DNA from: Chrysomallon squamiferum
Taxonomy: Eukaryota > Animalia > Mollusca
Direction of reading: 5' to 3'
Assembly (NCBI GenBank): GCA_012295275.1
Contig: CM022673.1
Span: 26,784,001-26,848,000 of the forward strand
Length of the DNA: 64,000 nt
The position numbers were made by a program, and so were the translations under genes. Positions within the stretch are counted from its first letter, which is position 1. Each line of letters begins with the position of its first letter. Shown here one piece after another: positions 28,799-42,990 of this stretch. The notes below the pieces were generated by a model. It had not been told where the DNA came from, ran no database searches, and worked only from the letters and a program-made list of their open reading frames with translations.

Positions 28799-30081
28799 AT
28801 CTCTCTCTAAACTATTACTCTTTTTTTAAATTTATAGATACTAATAATAAAAAAAAAAATTAAATAAAAAATAAATAAATAAATAAACAACCAAATAAAT
28901 AAATAAATAAACTGAGGTGAGATTTAAAAAAAAAAAAATTCCAAGTCGTCATTTCATTATCTTCATCCCATTTGTCAGACACACACTGTACTCTGTAGCA
29001 TATTAATATCGAGTGACCTTTCTTACAAAAAACCCCTACCTTTGCTTGTTAAACTTCGTCATGTTGTAACTGATCTTTGGTCGGAGAGATCAAAGGATTA
29101 ATAATGCTATCCCAGCAATAATTAGCTTCATGTCAACACTGATTGATTAATTCAGCACGGAAGATTTCCCGCGAGTAGCAAAATATGACAGTAATCTACA
29201 CGAATAATGAACATTTTTGTTTTATTACTTACTACCTACGTTTTCGCTGAATTAATATTACACGCCATTGAAATATAATGATCAGAAAGAGCTATACAAA
29301 AAATGAAAAAAAAAAAAAAAAAAACCCCAAACAAATGGAGAAATGTTTACAAGAAAAAGAAAATGATTATTGATAATATTTATGAAAAAAGAAAAAACCA
29401 TGTGGGAATGTTTGATTTTGTAGGATTTTTTTTAAAAATGATTTTTGGTATTAAATTCTATTCCTTTTTTTTAAAATTATTTTTATTTTTTTACTGAAAT
29501 ACGACAAAGAATACTTTTTCATCTGCTGTAATTCAGATCTGAGAAGACTGTTTGTTGTCTTGAGGTATGACGAGACATAGGATCAATCCTTCCCGGAGCG
29601 TCAATAGTCTATTTTTTGTTCTCCTGTTCCCGTCAGAGGTTTATCAACGCCTGTGGTAAAATACAATCCTGTTTGAGCGAAAATGATTTAAGACATCCCT
29701 TTCTTTTAATCGACGAGAGTAAATGAAATAGGGTCTCACACACACAGCGGGTTTCCTCTCTCACATCATAACGATACTGTAAATGAGATATGTTTATGTA
29801 GCACAGCGTTTGATACCAAGCTGAGTCATCCTGGCTATAACCGGAAGTAGATCCATGGGAGACAATCAAACGAACTGATTTAGAAACCCATTACATCCTG
29901 AAAAAAATTAAAATAACAAAATAACATTAAGCTACATTTTCATATGTGTGTAGTTATAATGTGTGTGTGTGTCTGTGTTTCTCTGTGTGTGTATATTTGT
30001 GTATAAATGTAATTGTTTATATATGTGTATATTTATTATTATGTGTACATACAACAGACATGAATACGTATAGATGTGTTC

Positions 30082-30223
<142 letters not shown>

Positions 30224-31609
30224 CAGAGACAGATATACTATTCTATGTGCGTGTTGGTGTGTGCAGTCTAATATCAGAGGTTAGACATATGTAAAATAAC
30301 AAAATTTAAAATTTAAATCAAACCTGTTATTTTAGTATTAAATATTTATCTCTGTAAGTCTCGCTTTCATTGGATAATATCAATTTACATTATGTAATAT
30401 TAACATTTGTACAAGTGAAAACATTATTACTATTTAATGCAAAGCGATAGAATTTAACAATGTCAGTTTTAGGATGGTGTTTTTTTAACTATTATTATTA
30501 TTTTCAAGTTTCAATTTTTTTTTTTTAATTATTATTATTGTATTTTTAAATATGACAAATATCATACAAATTAAGGAAAACACTATAAAATTAAATTAAA
30601 TTTAAACTATATATTATGAAAAAAATAGAAAGAGAAAAAGAAAAAGAAAAAAATAAGTTCATAAAAATCAAGAACAATTTCGAACTATTAGAGATGGGAG
30701 AAAGCTGGACAAAACAAGGGAAATAACTAATGAAATAGATGAAATTTTTATTATTATCGTTCTACGTGGGTTGTCGGCCGTGATAATAATCAATTCCTTA
30801 GGAATTTGAACTATTCACGGAATAATCAGCAGCGGTCGAAATTCGTTTGTAAATGTATGGTGGACCAAAAAATAATTTGGGCCACTAAACATCATTTAAA
30901 AAAAAAAAAATAATAATAAAAAAACATTCTCTGGGCCAAATTTGGTTTTGGTAGCCAAAACAGAAAAATATTCATATTTCAGCTTTTAAGTGAAGGGAAA
31001 ACATGTACTTGAACATTAACTTTTGAAGTAAGATTTAAAAATATGTTTCAAAGAGTCACTTATGCCAATATATCAACATATATTCTATTGAAATTCTTCA
31101 TTGTCGAACGTTTTTTTAACTAACCAATCAAACAAATCAGTTCAAAGAGAAAAAAGTCCCAGAAATCGGAGCACCGCGAAGCGAACAACAGACGGCATTC
31201 GGGAATGTTCGGATTTTTCCGCGTATTTGGCCGAGTACATGCATATCGGCTCTACAAAATTAGTGTTTTATAAATAGATGTTGGCAAATTAAGGTAAGTC
31301 GATATGTCCAATTTATCGAACCACAAGCAAATCTTTTATTTGCGATAACATTATTTATTATTGTGTTATAACTTAGAGAAAAAAAAAAAAAAAAAAAAAA
31401 AATAAAAAAAAAAAAAAAAAATAAAAAGGCCGCTCTAATAATATTTTTTGGTTGACTAACCCATAATTTTTTTAACGCCCTGTTACCCAAACGGAACTTT
31501 GATCGCCTTTGTCGACCTGGAAACTGGCCATTTCAAGCCTTGAATTTGTTATTTAAATCTTATTATTTCGAAAACGAATTTTAATATATATATATGCTTT
31601 TCTGCATGA

Positions 31610-32398
31610 ACACAGCAGGTAATTTGGATGTTTGATGAGAACAAATTACCAATTTAGACTGAGCAATGCAAATTTGTATAAAACCATGAAGAAACGATGT
31701 TTCAAGAATATAACATTAAATATTTTAATCAGTTAGTTTTCCTATTTCGAGATTTCAATTTTTGTTGTTGTTTTTTTAAAAAGAAGAAAAACAGAAAGAA
31801 AAGAAAAACAGAAAACTAAATAAATAAACAACTAAAAAAAAAAACACCCACAGAATAAAACAAACAATTTTTTTGTAGGATGCTTTCGAACAACTTGTTT
31901 GTGACTCAGTCTGAAGAACATATTTAAGTTTGCTGATAATTTTCCAGGCTTAAGTCTAATTATTCAAACAGGCATAACTTTGAAAGAAAAAAAAACGTTT
32001 ACACACGATCTTTGGCTACGGATGCTCTCTTGAACAGAAAAACAGCGCAATGGCGCACCGACAAGATTTGATACAGCAATCTGCTATATCTCAGAAATAG
32101 ACTTTACCAATGCCTCACTTTAACAAACAAGCGCATGTATATAAATGCAATAGGTAGTCTATAAGAAGATGTAAAATAAAAAGAATATACATATATATAT
32201 ATATATATATGTTTATTCTATTTATTTATTTATTTTCTTTTTTTTTTTTTTTTTTTTTTTTTTCTTTCAAAGTTGAATAATTAGTCTTAAGCATTGAAAA
32301 TTATCAGCCAACTTAAATAAGTTCTTCAGACTGAGTCACAAGCAAGTTCATCGAATGCATTATACCAAAAAAAAAATAAAAAAAAAAAGTAAATATGT

Positions 32399-32429
<31 letters not shown>

Positions 32430-32600
32430 TTTTTTTTTTTTTTTTTTTTTTTTTAAAATTTGAAATCTCGAAATAGGAAAACTGACTGCTTAAAATATTT
32501 AATGCTAGTGTTATTAAATTACACGATTTAATACAACTTTGCATGGCTCAGTCTAAACTGGCATTTTGTTCTCATCAAACTTGCAAATTACCTGCTATGT
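31610..32600. mobile_element. Non-autonomous foldback/MITE-like DNA element with ~340-380 bp imperfect inverted arms
   Basis: 31610-~31990 is the reverse complement of ~32260-32600: acacagcaggtaatttgg.tgtttgatgagaacaaa vs ttttgttctcatcaaacttgcaaattacctgctatgt, and gtgactcagtctgaagaac vs gttcttcagactgagtcac. No ORF and no clear TSD. Confidence 0.8.
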
Positions 32601-32665
32601 GAGACATTTAATTAATCTGTAAATTTGCTAAAGTGACGCACTCTGTCCAAGTCAGTGTTATTGGT

Positions 32666-32790
<125 letters not shown>

Positions 32791-33143
32791 TATATATGTG
32801 TATGCATATGTCTGTGTGTGTGTGTGTGAGTATATATTATAAATGTGTGTGTGTGTGAATGCATGTATGTTTCTATGTAGGTGTCTTTGTAAATGATTAT
32901 GTTTATGTATTAATGCAACTGAGTATAATGTTTGTGTGCGCCTGTGTGTGTGAGAGTTCGAGGATCTTGTAAAATGCATGTGTGTATGTTACAGTGCGGA
33001 CGTGTATAAAGAGAACATATCTAAGAGAACATACCCTTTAAAGACAAATAATCATTACATAAGTGATTAACAGGGAAAAATAAATAAATGAATAATTATG
33101 TGAAATATGAGCCATAAGAAAGACAGGGTTGAAAATAAAAACG

Positions 33144-33179
<36 letters not shown>

Positions 33180-33300
33180 ACAAAAAAAAAAAAAAAAAAA
33201 AAAATAAAACCCAAATAAAAAAAGACTGATTGAGACGAAATTGTTTTATCCAATATCAATTGTTTCTGCTTGAATCTTTCAAATTTTCCTGCCATCTGTC

Positions 33301-33331
<31 letters not shown>

Positions 33332-33933
33332 GGCACTGCCTCCGTATTCACGCAAAACCTCACAGATGGCGAGACTTGAAGCCATTGTTTTCGTTCTTGT
33401 CTGCGAGACGTGAGCGCGTTACAGCCAACATTGTCATGTACGTACTCTTTGTCGTTTAGCATGTAGTCTGAATCACAGACAAGAAAACCGTCCCAGAATG
33501 GTTAGCGCTGGGCTGGAACAGAAGGCTGTTATCGATCAGACGCAAATATTAAGTCACATATGTCGATCTAACGGTACACGATTCGAATGGTGGCATTTTC
33601 AACTCTTTGTTTTGCTCCGTCAGTACCAGACACAACAAAGATCGAGGTATCAGACGACAGTGTAATTTGTTAAAGATCCAGGGGTTGTTTTGTTTTTGTG
33701 TTGTTGATTATTTTGTGGGTTTTTTTTTTTTTTTTTTTTTTTGGAAGAAAAGAAAAGGAAAGAGGGTCTAATTAAAAAGAAATTACGACATTGTTTATAA
33801 TGAATACGTCATCAAGAAGATAAAATTTTGAGTTTGAATCTGTCGTAAATGTACTGTGTGATAATGATAATGATGATAATAATAAAAAATAATAACAATA
33901 TTAATATCTGTAAAAATAATAATGTTGATAACA

Positions 33934-33972
<39 letters not shown>

Positions 33973-35137
33973 GTAATAATAATAATAATAATAACAATGA
34001 TGATAAAATAATAACAAAATAATGATGATGATAATAATAATAATACTTTCTTGAAACAGTCTTATACTTTCAAATAGTTTGACAATAAACTTTTTTAACT
34101 TTTTAATTCAGAAATTTAAATTTCAGTTAAATAATATTGTAATTTTTGTCTGAGAAGTTCTAGTAGTGGTAGTGGTAGTAGTAGTAGTAGTAGTAATAAA
34201 AAATAATATTAATAATAATAATAACACCAACCGACAACAGAAATAATAAGAAAAAGTGATTGAAACAATATTTAAATTATTTAAAAACTTTAATATCTGG
34301 GGATTTGTTTGAAACTTTTATTACGTAAAAGCAAATTTATTAAAATTTTATTTATGTAAAAATAGATTAAAAAAAAAAAATCATAAAATGAAATAAAACA
34401 AATTCTTGGCAATATTTAAGTTGGTCCGTGTAACTCCTAGCAAACTAGTTTTAATTAATTCTTTAGTAAGAAACCATAGCAACGAACGTGTCTAAAAACA
34501 GTATTACAATCATCGACAAAACATGTTGATGTACAGTTTATAAACATATTATAATCTTATTATCATAAGAAAGAAGAAAAGAGAAAAACGAAGATGAAGA
34601 AGAAAGAAATAAACACAAATTTTGATGGAAAATGAAAATATAAATTAACTGTATGATGATGATGGTGGTGATGGTGCTGATTTTGATGTTGATTATAATA
34701 TCACCAATTAATTTAACTCATTAAAAATAAAATTAATTCTTCAGTGATTTTCACTTGAGTCTTATTTTCCCCAGGCCATGTCAGGATTGGGGTGCCCTGA
34801 CATCAGCTCATATTTATTTTATTTAGTTTTGATTTGTTTTGTTTTGTTTTGTTTTGTTTTGTTTTGTTTTGTTTTGTTTTGTTTTGTTTTGTTTTGTTTT
34901 ATTTTATTTTATTTTATTTTATTTTATTTTGTTTCAGTTTAGTTCTGTTTAAACTGATTCGTTTTATTTTTAATTTTGCTGAATTTAATTTGACTGAGTT
35001 TTGTTTGATATAGTCCAGTTTATAAAGTCACAGGTGTGTGAATTAAAAACGTTCATTGAGCGGCACATACACTTCTATTTACAGTTTTCATCTTTCACAG
35101 AGACGAATCCAAGAAATAAAAAAGTAAATAAGTATCA

Positions 35138-35195
<58 letters not shown>

Positions 35196-36639
35196 TAATA
35201 ATAATAATAATATAATAATAATAATAATAATATAATGACAATAATAATAATAATGATAATGACAATAACAATAATAATAATAATAATAATAATAACAACA
35301 ACAATATAATGACAGTAATAATAATAATATAATGATGATGATGATAACAAAAAAACAAATAAATAAATAAATACAAAAAGAGGATACACGTTTAAACATT
35401 GGGCGGTACAAACAAAAAACAGGTGAGGCTCTCTCCGGGTGGGCCTTCATAACCCTTCCATGCACGCGCGTCAATCTTTTTTTAATTCCGCTATCTTCTG
35501 ACGCATCGCAACTCCTTATCTCGTAACTACGGAGCAGCCATTTTGTAGGAAGTTAACCGATTCCCTGTTTAAGTTAAGTGCTGATTATTTACCAAGCACC
35601 TCCCTAATCTCTTGGCATTTACAATGGTCTCGTGCCCAGCACGTGCCATTGTTGTCACGTGCACCGACTCCTAGCGCGCGCATTTTCCGTGTTACTAGGC
35701 GAAGGGTTGGTCGGATGGAGGTTATTTGTAGTTTAGATTATTCTGTTGTTAACTTAATTTATACCTGCGAGATTGGAACTCAATTAAACTAGTTTTAATT
35801 TGTGTCTGATTTGTTGCTTAATGATGGTGATGATGACGATGATGATGACGATAATAATAATAATAATAATAATAATAATAGAATAATAACAACAACAACA
35901 ACAACAACAACAATAAAACTCTTACTACTAATTCAGCTACTACCACTGATACTACTAGATGCAAAATAATTTGCACTGTTTTATTATTATAATGGTTTGA
36001 ACCTTATGCTTGCGAAATGTACCAAAATCTTAAGTAAAAACTCTCAAAACTTAATTGTAAATTGTCTCAAAACGTAACTTTTAAAAAATATTCTTTGTTT
36101 CTGTTCAGTGTACATTTTATGATTGTACAAATATCTTTGAAAAAATTTGTACAGCAAATTACACGATTGATGAGATCAAATAGAAATGAATTCATTTAAA
36201 TGTTTACCCACATGCACTTTCAAAAACATTCTTTTAACTATCCTTGAAGGAAATTATATGTTTAGTATGGCAAAACTATGAACAGTTCATATCTAGATAT
36301 ATAAATGATAATAAAAACGATGTTTCATAGTTAAATAAGCACTATATATAAGCAGGATGTATTTCAATCGACCATTTTGTTTAACATCAGATGTTAAAGA
36401 TTTCTCTCTCAGATATGAAAATGTCCTATTAACAGTTATGTTTCCTTATCTATTTCCTTATCTACTGCTCCTTATAGTATTAATAGTAGTAGAAACGTGC
36501 CAATGTTTTTTGACGTTCTTCAAAAATAAAAATAAATGTTTATGTAGCGAAAATAAAAAATAAAAACTATTGGCGATTATATTACCTTAATTTAATTAAT
36601 CAGTTATTAGAATATTAATATTACCAGGGTCTTTTGTTA

Positions 36640-37140
36640 TATCTCGTTTTCTCTGATTACTGATGTGAAAGATTTCTTTTTCGTGAATAAAAAAGATTCT
36701 GTTGACAACAGTTACATTTTCTAAGTTAAATAATCTGTCATTATAATTTTAACATTAATAACAATCTTTAATTTTTCCTTGAATTTTCGTTTTCCCTAAC
36801 TTCAGATATGTCTGTGTCTATGTATATTATCTTCTATTAACAATTACATGTCCTAAGTTATATTCATAATCATTCATTATAATATTAACATTAATAACAA
36901 TCTTTCTTTTTCTCTCAATCTTTCGGATTTTTTTCTAAAGATTTCTAGTTCTAGTATACAGAAACGTTCCATTAACAATTACGTTTTCATAAGTTAGATA
37001 ATTATTCAGGATCATGTTAACACATTTCTTTTTCTCTGGACTCTTTCGTTTTTTCCTAACTTCAGATGCTAAAGATTTCTAGTTCTATTAACAATTACGT
37101 TTTCCATAACTTACATAACGATTCATTACAATATTTAACA
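36640..37140. repeat. Degenerate ~120-bp tandem repeat
   Basis: Recurrent ttct.ttaacaattac.t...aagtta...aacattaataacaatcttt and cctaacttcagat motifs. Confidence 0.55.
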
Positions 37141-37654
37141 TTTACAGGACACATGTCAATCGTCCCGTTCTCTCTGACTTCTGCTGTCAAACAACATGTC
37201 TGTTTCTCCCGGTTTCCGTAGTAACCCTTTTAGTGTCACGATCAAGTGCAATTTCAGCTCGTCTGCCGTGGATCTTTGCGTGAAGCGATTCACGTACTCG
37301 CGTTAGTTCAAACAGAGTTATCTCAGCTATATTGACGTTTTATCTTTTAAACAAACAAATCAGACGTCATTCAAGTCTCGGCTGTAACTCTTCAGGCTAA
37401 CTTGTTTCTTCCACAACTGTATGACTTAATCCCGGATTTCTGAATGGATTATGGGTCTTGATTAAGTTCTTGACTGCGCAAATTAAATAAGACTTAAGTC
37501 AGCCAAGTGTGCGCTTTAATTAACAACAGTTGATTATTCTTGTTTGTTTATTTATTTATTTATTTGATCTGATTTGATTGATTTATTTATTATTTTGTTT
37601 TATTTTATTTATTTATTTATTTATTTATTAATTATTATTATTATTATTATTATT

Positions 37655-37687
<33 letters not shown>

Positions 37688-37864
37688 ATTATTATTATTA
37701 TTATAAATTATGTTATTACTTTATGTTTTCTAAACTATAGAAAGTATTAAAGTATATTTAATTGTTAATAAATCAATTAGATGCATATTATGACAAGTCA
37801 GTCGGAAGTTGTAGGGATTCAGTAGTATTTTTCATTCATTAAAAAACATGTATGTGTGTATGTG

Positions 37865-37938
<74 letters not shown>

Positions 37939-38657
37939 AACAGCATTATAGCATATATGATTAATTAATAATTATGAAGATCATTATAAATAAATAAATA
38001 AATTATAATGACAGACAAAAATAAGTAAATAAAAAAAATTAAAACAACACTTGAACAACAACGAAAAAATAACAAAAATAAAAATATAATAAAAATAAAT
38101 TCAAATAAAAACGATAATAAAACCTAAAAAAAAAAAAAATAATAATAATAATAAAAATAAATAAATAGTAATTTTATCACCATAACTTGACGTCTCTAAA
38201 ATAGAAATAATTATTTCCACGAGAGAAACATGAACTGTACAGTGTGCGCGTGCGTGCGTGTATGCATGTGTGTGTGTGTGTTCACAACATGATTAAACTT
38301 TGGTTATCTCCTCTCAGATCTAAAGTGCGGCCAGGTTAGTGACACACAGCGGGTTCGAGGATGTGAAATGTCTTTACGTTCGAGCGATGCTTGTGTCTGA
38401 TTAACCTGCCAGTCTACCTCTGTATCCAAACTACAATAGATCTCCACCATACACTAAACCTTTGCTTTGACCGAGACGCAGAAAGGTGTCCGTTTGGTCG
38501 CAGGACACGCCCTCCAAACAACGCCCTGATGTTTAAGTGTCGGGGGGTTTATTTTCGTTGCAGATCGTTTAATATCTGAAAACAGATACGAGAGAAAATA
38601 GGTACATAGAGAGAGATGGAAGGAGGGAGAGATTCAGAAAGATAAACTGAAAGCGAG

Positions 38658-38710
<53 letters not shown>

Positions 38711-38950
38711 TGTATAGATTTATATCCAAAAGTTAAAAATTTATATATTAATTAATAGAAAATAAAGAAATGAAAATGTTTAAAAATTGTTTTAAAATTT
38801 AAAGTTTCAAGTTTTCTATTGCTAAACAATTAATAATATATATTAATAGATTTAATTTTTTTTACTTTTATTTATTTATTTAAAAGCATAAATAAAATTT
38901 AATTATTAGATAAAAATATAACATTAAATAAATGAAAATAATCTAAAATC

Positions 38951-38983
<33 letters not shown>

Positions 38984-39775
38984 AATAATAATAATAATAA
39001 ATAAAATTCCAAGAAAGAAAATAATAATATTTTGTATTTATTAAAACTAAATAATTATTTGTCATTAAACTAGCTGTAAAAACAACAGCAGTAACAACAT
39101 CAACAACAACATCAACAACACCAACAGCGACGATGATGACGACAACAAGGCTGTGTTTCACAACATAATTATTATCAACAGAAAATATATACAATATATA
39201 TACAAACATTGGCTTAAATCCATTCAGGTTTTGAGTTGTTTTTGTTTTACTATAATTTTTATTTAAATATTATTATTATTATTATATATATATATATTTT
39301 TTTTTTTTTTCACTTTGAAGGATACTTTTTTTTTTTAATGTTTTGTTTTGTTTTGTTTTTTCTTTTTTAAATTCTTTAATTTTTAAAATTTATATATTTA
39401 GTTATTTATATTTGAACTTTTAATATTCAGTTACACTTTTTTGTTATTTTTAATTCAGTTATTTTTTTTTTAATAGACTGGAAAAACAAAGTATTTTATT
39501 TCACATTCATACACATTTATTAAAACTAAACTGCTACGACTACTACTACTACTACTACTACTACTGCTGCTACTACTACTACTATTACTACTACTACTAC
39601 CACTGCTACTACTACTATTATTATTATTATTTCTGTTTGTATTATCATGCATTTGTTATTATTAATAATATTATGATTTAATTACTTTTGTTGATAAAGT
39701 AAATTTTTAAAAGATTATCTTCATCATTGTCAATCATCATCATAATCATCATCATTATTTTTATTATTGTGATAC

Positions 39776-39809
<34 letters not shown>

Positions 39810-39871
39810 TTCATTATCATTTTTATTACTATTGCTATTAATATTTTTTTCTTCTTCTTCTCCTAGTGCTG

Positions 39872-39951
<80 letters not shown>

Positions 39952-40552
39952 AATATAAATATTAAATTACTGATTCATGGGGACAATCTGTCAGGAAACC
40001 TAACGGTACGGTATCGATCTCTCTTATTCATCTTAACGCTATCGAAGGCGCAAGGATATCTCTTAGCAAAAATAAAAAGTGACAGATGCGCATGGCCGTG
40101 ATTCGGCAGAAAGGTCTGTGCATATTTGCATAATAATGATTAAGAGATAATGGCGGGCAGATATAAATTCACAGGGTGGCATATGGCCCGGTAGAAATCC
40201 CGAGATAACGGTACCAGAAAAACGCGGTCAAATGGGTATCTCTGCACTCGGCAGCAAAGAATTCTGGTTGGATGGTAGAATATAGATGTAGTGGCCTCGT
40301 TTTGGGAGTTATTTCGTTTGGACGTAACTAATTAACGGCTAGGTCTAAAAGGAGGAGTAAATTTAGAATTTTGTCTAAAAAGGGTAAGAGTTTGTATTTA
40401 TTTTGTTTTTATTTTTATTTGTTTCGTAACTTTAAAAGTAAATAATTTTAAATAATGAAATTAAATAGATAAAACTAAATATAAATAAAATAAAATAAAA
40501 TCTTGAAATTCTTGTATTAATTCCAAAAGTTAACATCAGGATATTAATTAAT

Positions 40553-40584
<32 letters not shown>

Positions 40585-41422
40585 AAATGAAATAAATTAG
40601 CAAATATTTTTATTTAGATATTTATAAACAATAAAATAAAAACTCTTATTGTCTTTTTATTTATTTTTATTTATTTATTTTTGTATTTATATTTACAAAA
40701 ACATTTCATGACTAAAACTACACTATTTTCTTGATTTCAATACTTGTTTCTTGTTGTCATAATAGATCAAGATTTAATTATTATTGTTTTATTATTACTA
40801 TTATTTAGATTTTTATTTTTTATATTTTGTTTCAGAATTTTTATTTTAATTAGTGATGAGACTCTTTAAGAAAAATATTCGAACTAACACTCATAATTAA
40901 GACATATACAAATATACAAGACTGTAGTTGTAACCTTTTTTGTTGTCGTTGTGTTTAAATTTTATTTATTTAATTATTATTATCATTATCGTCATCATCA
41001 TTACTATTATCACTATTACTCTAATAATAATAATTATTAATAATTATTATTATTAATGTTATTGTGTTATTGTTGTTATTATCGTTGTTGTTGCATTTGT
41101 TGTAATGGTAGTGTTTGTTATTATTACTATCATCAATATTACAAGGACATTTTTTTAATTATATACATTCATGTACACAGCAAAATATTACTTTTCGTAT
41201 TCGTAAAAGATTTTATAAACTATTGCGAGGACTTATTTTTTATTAAAACTTTGTATAAGTAAACGTAAGTATTCAAACACTTAAACAAAAACATTAAAAC
41301 ATTAACTTTTATCATTCCACATTTAAATATTTTTGAAAATGTATTTCTATTGTTATGTTCAGACTGCGATCATTTCATCCAAATTATACGTCCTTTTTTT
41401 TTTTTTTTTTCTTTTCTTTTTC

Positions 41423-41453
<31 letters not shown>

Positions 41454-42897
41454 TGTATTTTAAAATTTATTTATTTATTAATTTATTTATTTATTTATTT
41501 ATTCTGATATTAAATTTTGGAATTAACATATGTGTTTGATGTGTTTTATTTTAATGATTTGTTAAAATATAGAACTTATATTTCGTCTCACTATCATTTA
41601 TCATTATTATCATCATATTTATTATTATTATCATCTACCATTATTATCATCATATTTATTATTATTATCATTATCATTGGCATCATGATTCTATTATTAT
41701 TTATAGTAGCAGAAGTAAGTAGTAGTAGTAGTAGTAGTAGTGGGGGTAGTTGTAGTGATAATACTAGTAGCAACAGTAGTGGTAGTAAAAGTTGAATTAA
41801 CAACAGTAGCGACAGCAACAACAACAGCAGTAGACGTAGTAACAGACGTAGTAATAGTAATGTAGTAGTACTTTTGGTAAACGTAACTGGCAGTATTAGT
41901 ATTAGCATTAGTAGCATTAGTAGCAGCATAATAGCAGTAGCAGTAGCAACAGCAGTAGTAGTAGTAGTAGTAGGAGCAGCAATAGTAGTAGTAGTAGTAG
42001 CAGCAGCAGCAGAAATAGGAACAACAGTAATAGTAGAAGTAGAAGTATAGATACTTTTATTTATTGTTTTTTATTATATATTTTTACTTTTTTTTTTTTT
42101 AAATTTTGGTTTTTACTTTATTTTTTTTTTTTTTTTAAATTTAGCATTATCTTTGAGCCTAAATTATTATCTGCAACAAATTTTTGAATTTTGTGTTTAA
42201 ATTATTTCAAAATCAGTTTATGCATTCATCTAGTAAACTATTAATAATTACCATTAGAATCATTATAAATTATAAAACATTAAAATCTTATAACTCCATT
42301 TTGTTAGGAAATATGTTTTTTCAAAGTGTGATTTTGTAACTTAATGATGGAACTGTAAAACATTTTTCATCTTCTTTTTATTCATTTCAAAACTATTTAA
42401 CATTATTTATGAACATTATTTATTAATTAATAGCATCCACCTAATTTTCAAATATATTTTATAACTAAAATATTTTAGTATTGGAAACCTTTTCTTATAA
42501 TAGTTTTGTTGTCATTTAACTTTTATATTTAAAACAATTGTTTTACTTGAAAACAATTGCTATTATTGCTATTGTTATTATTATTTTATTATTATTATTA
42601 ACCATGCACACACACACACACACACGTTCACCCACAAACACACATACACAAACATACAAATACATAAACGTATATAATAAAATTTAAATTAAAAATCTCT
42701 GTTAAATTTTAAATCCGATATTTAATCTTGTTTTTTTATCTTTCTTAATTTTTTAAAATTTATATATATAGTTTTTCTTACCACTTCTTCTATTTTCCTG
42801 TCTTTATGTATTTATTAGTATATATACTTTCTGATTTATCTTTTAGCTTGATCATTGTGCAGTGCAGATAAGAGTATGAAACTTGAATAATAATTTC

Positions 42898-42990
<93 letters not shown>

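Noticed and set aside
30830-31519. Possible hAT-like MITE (cagcggtcgaaa ... ttgtcgacctg)
   Set aside because: Terminal match is weak and there is no 8-bp TSD
38297-38326. ctttggttatct resembling the 5' end of miR-9
   Set aside because: Match stops after 12 nt and there is no pre-miRNA-sized hairpin
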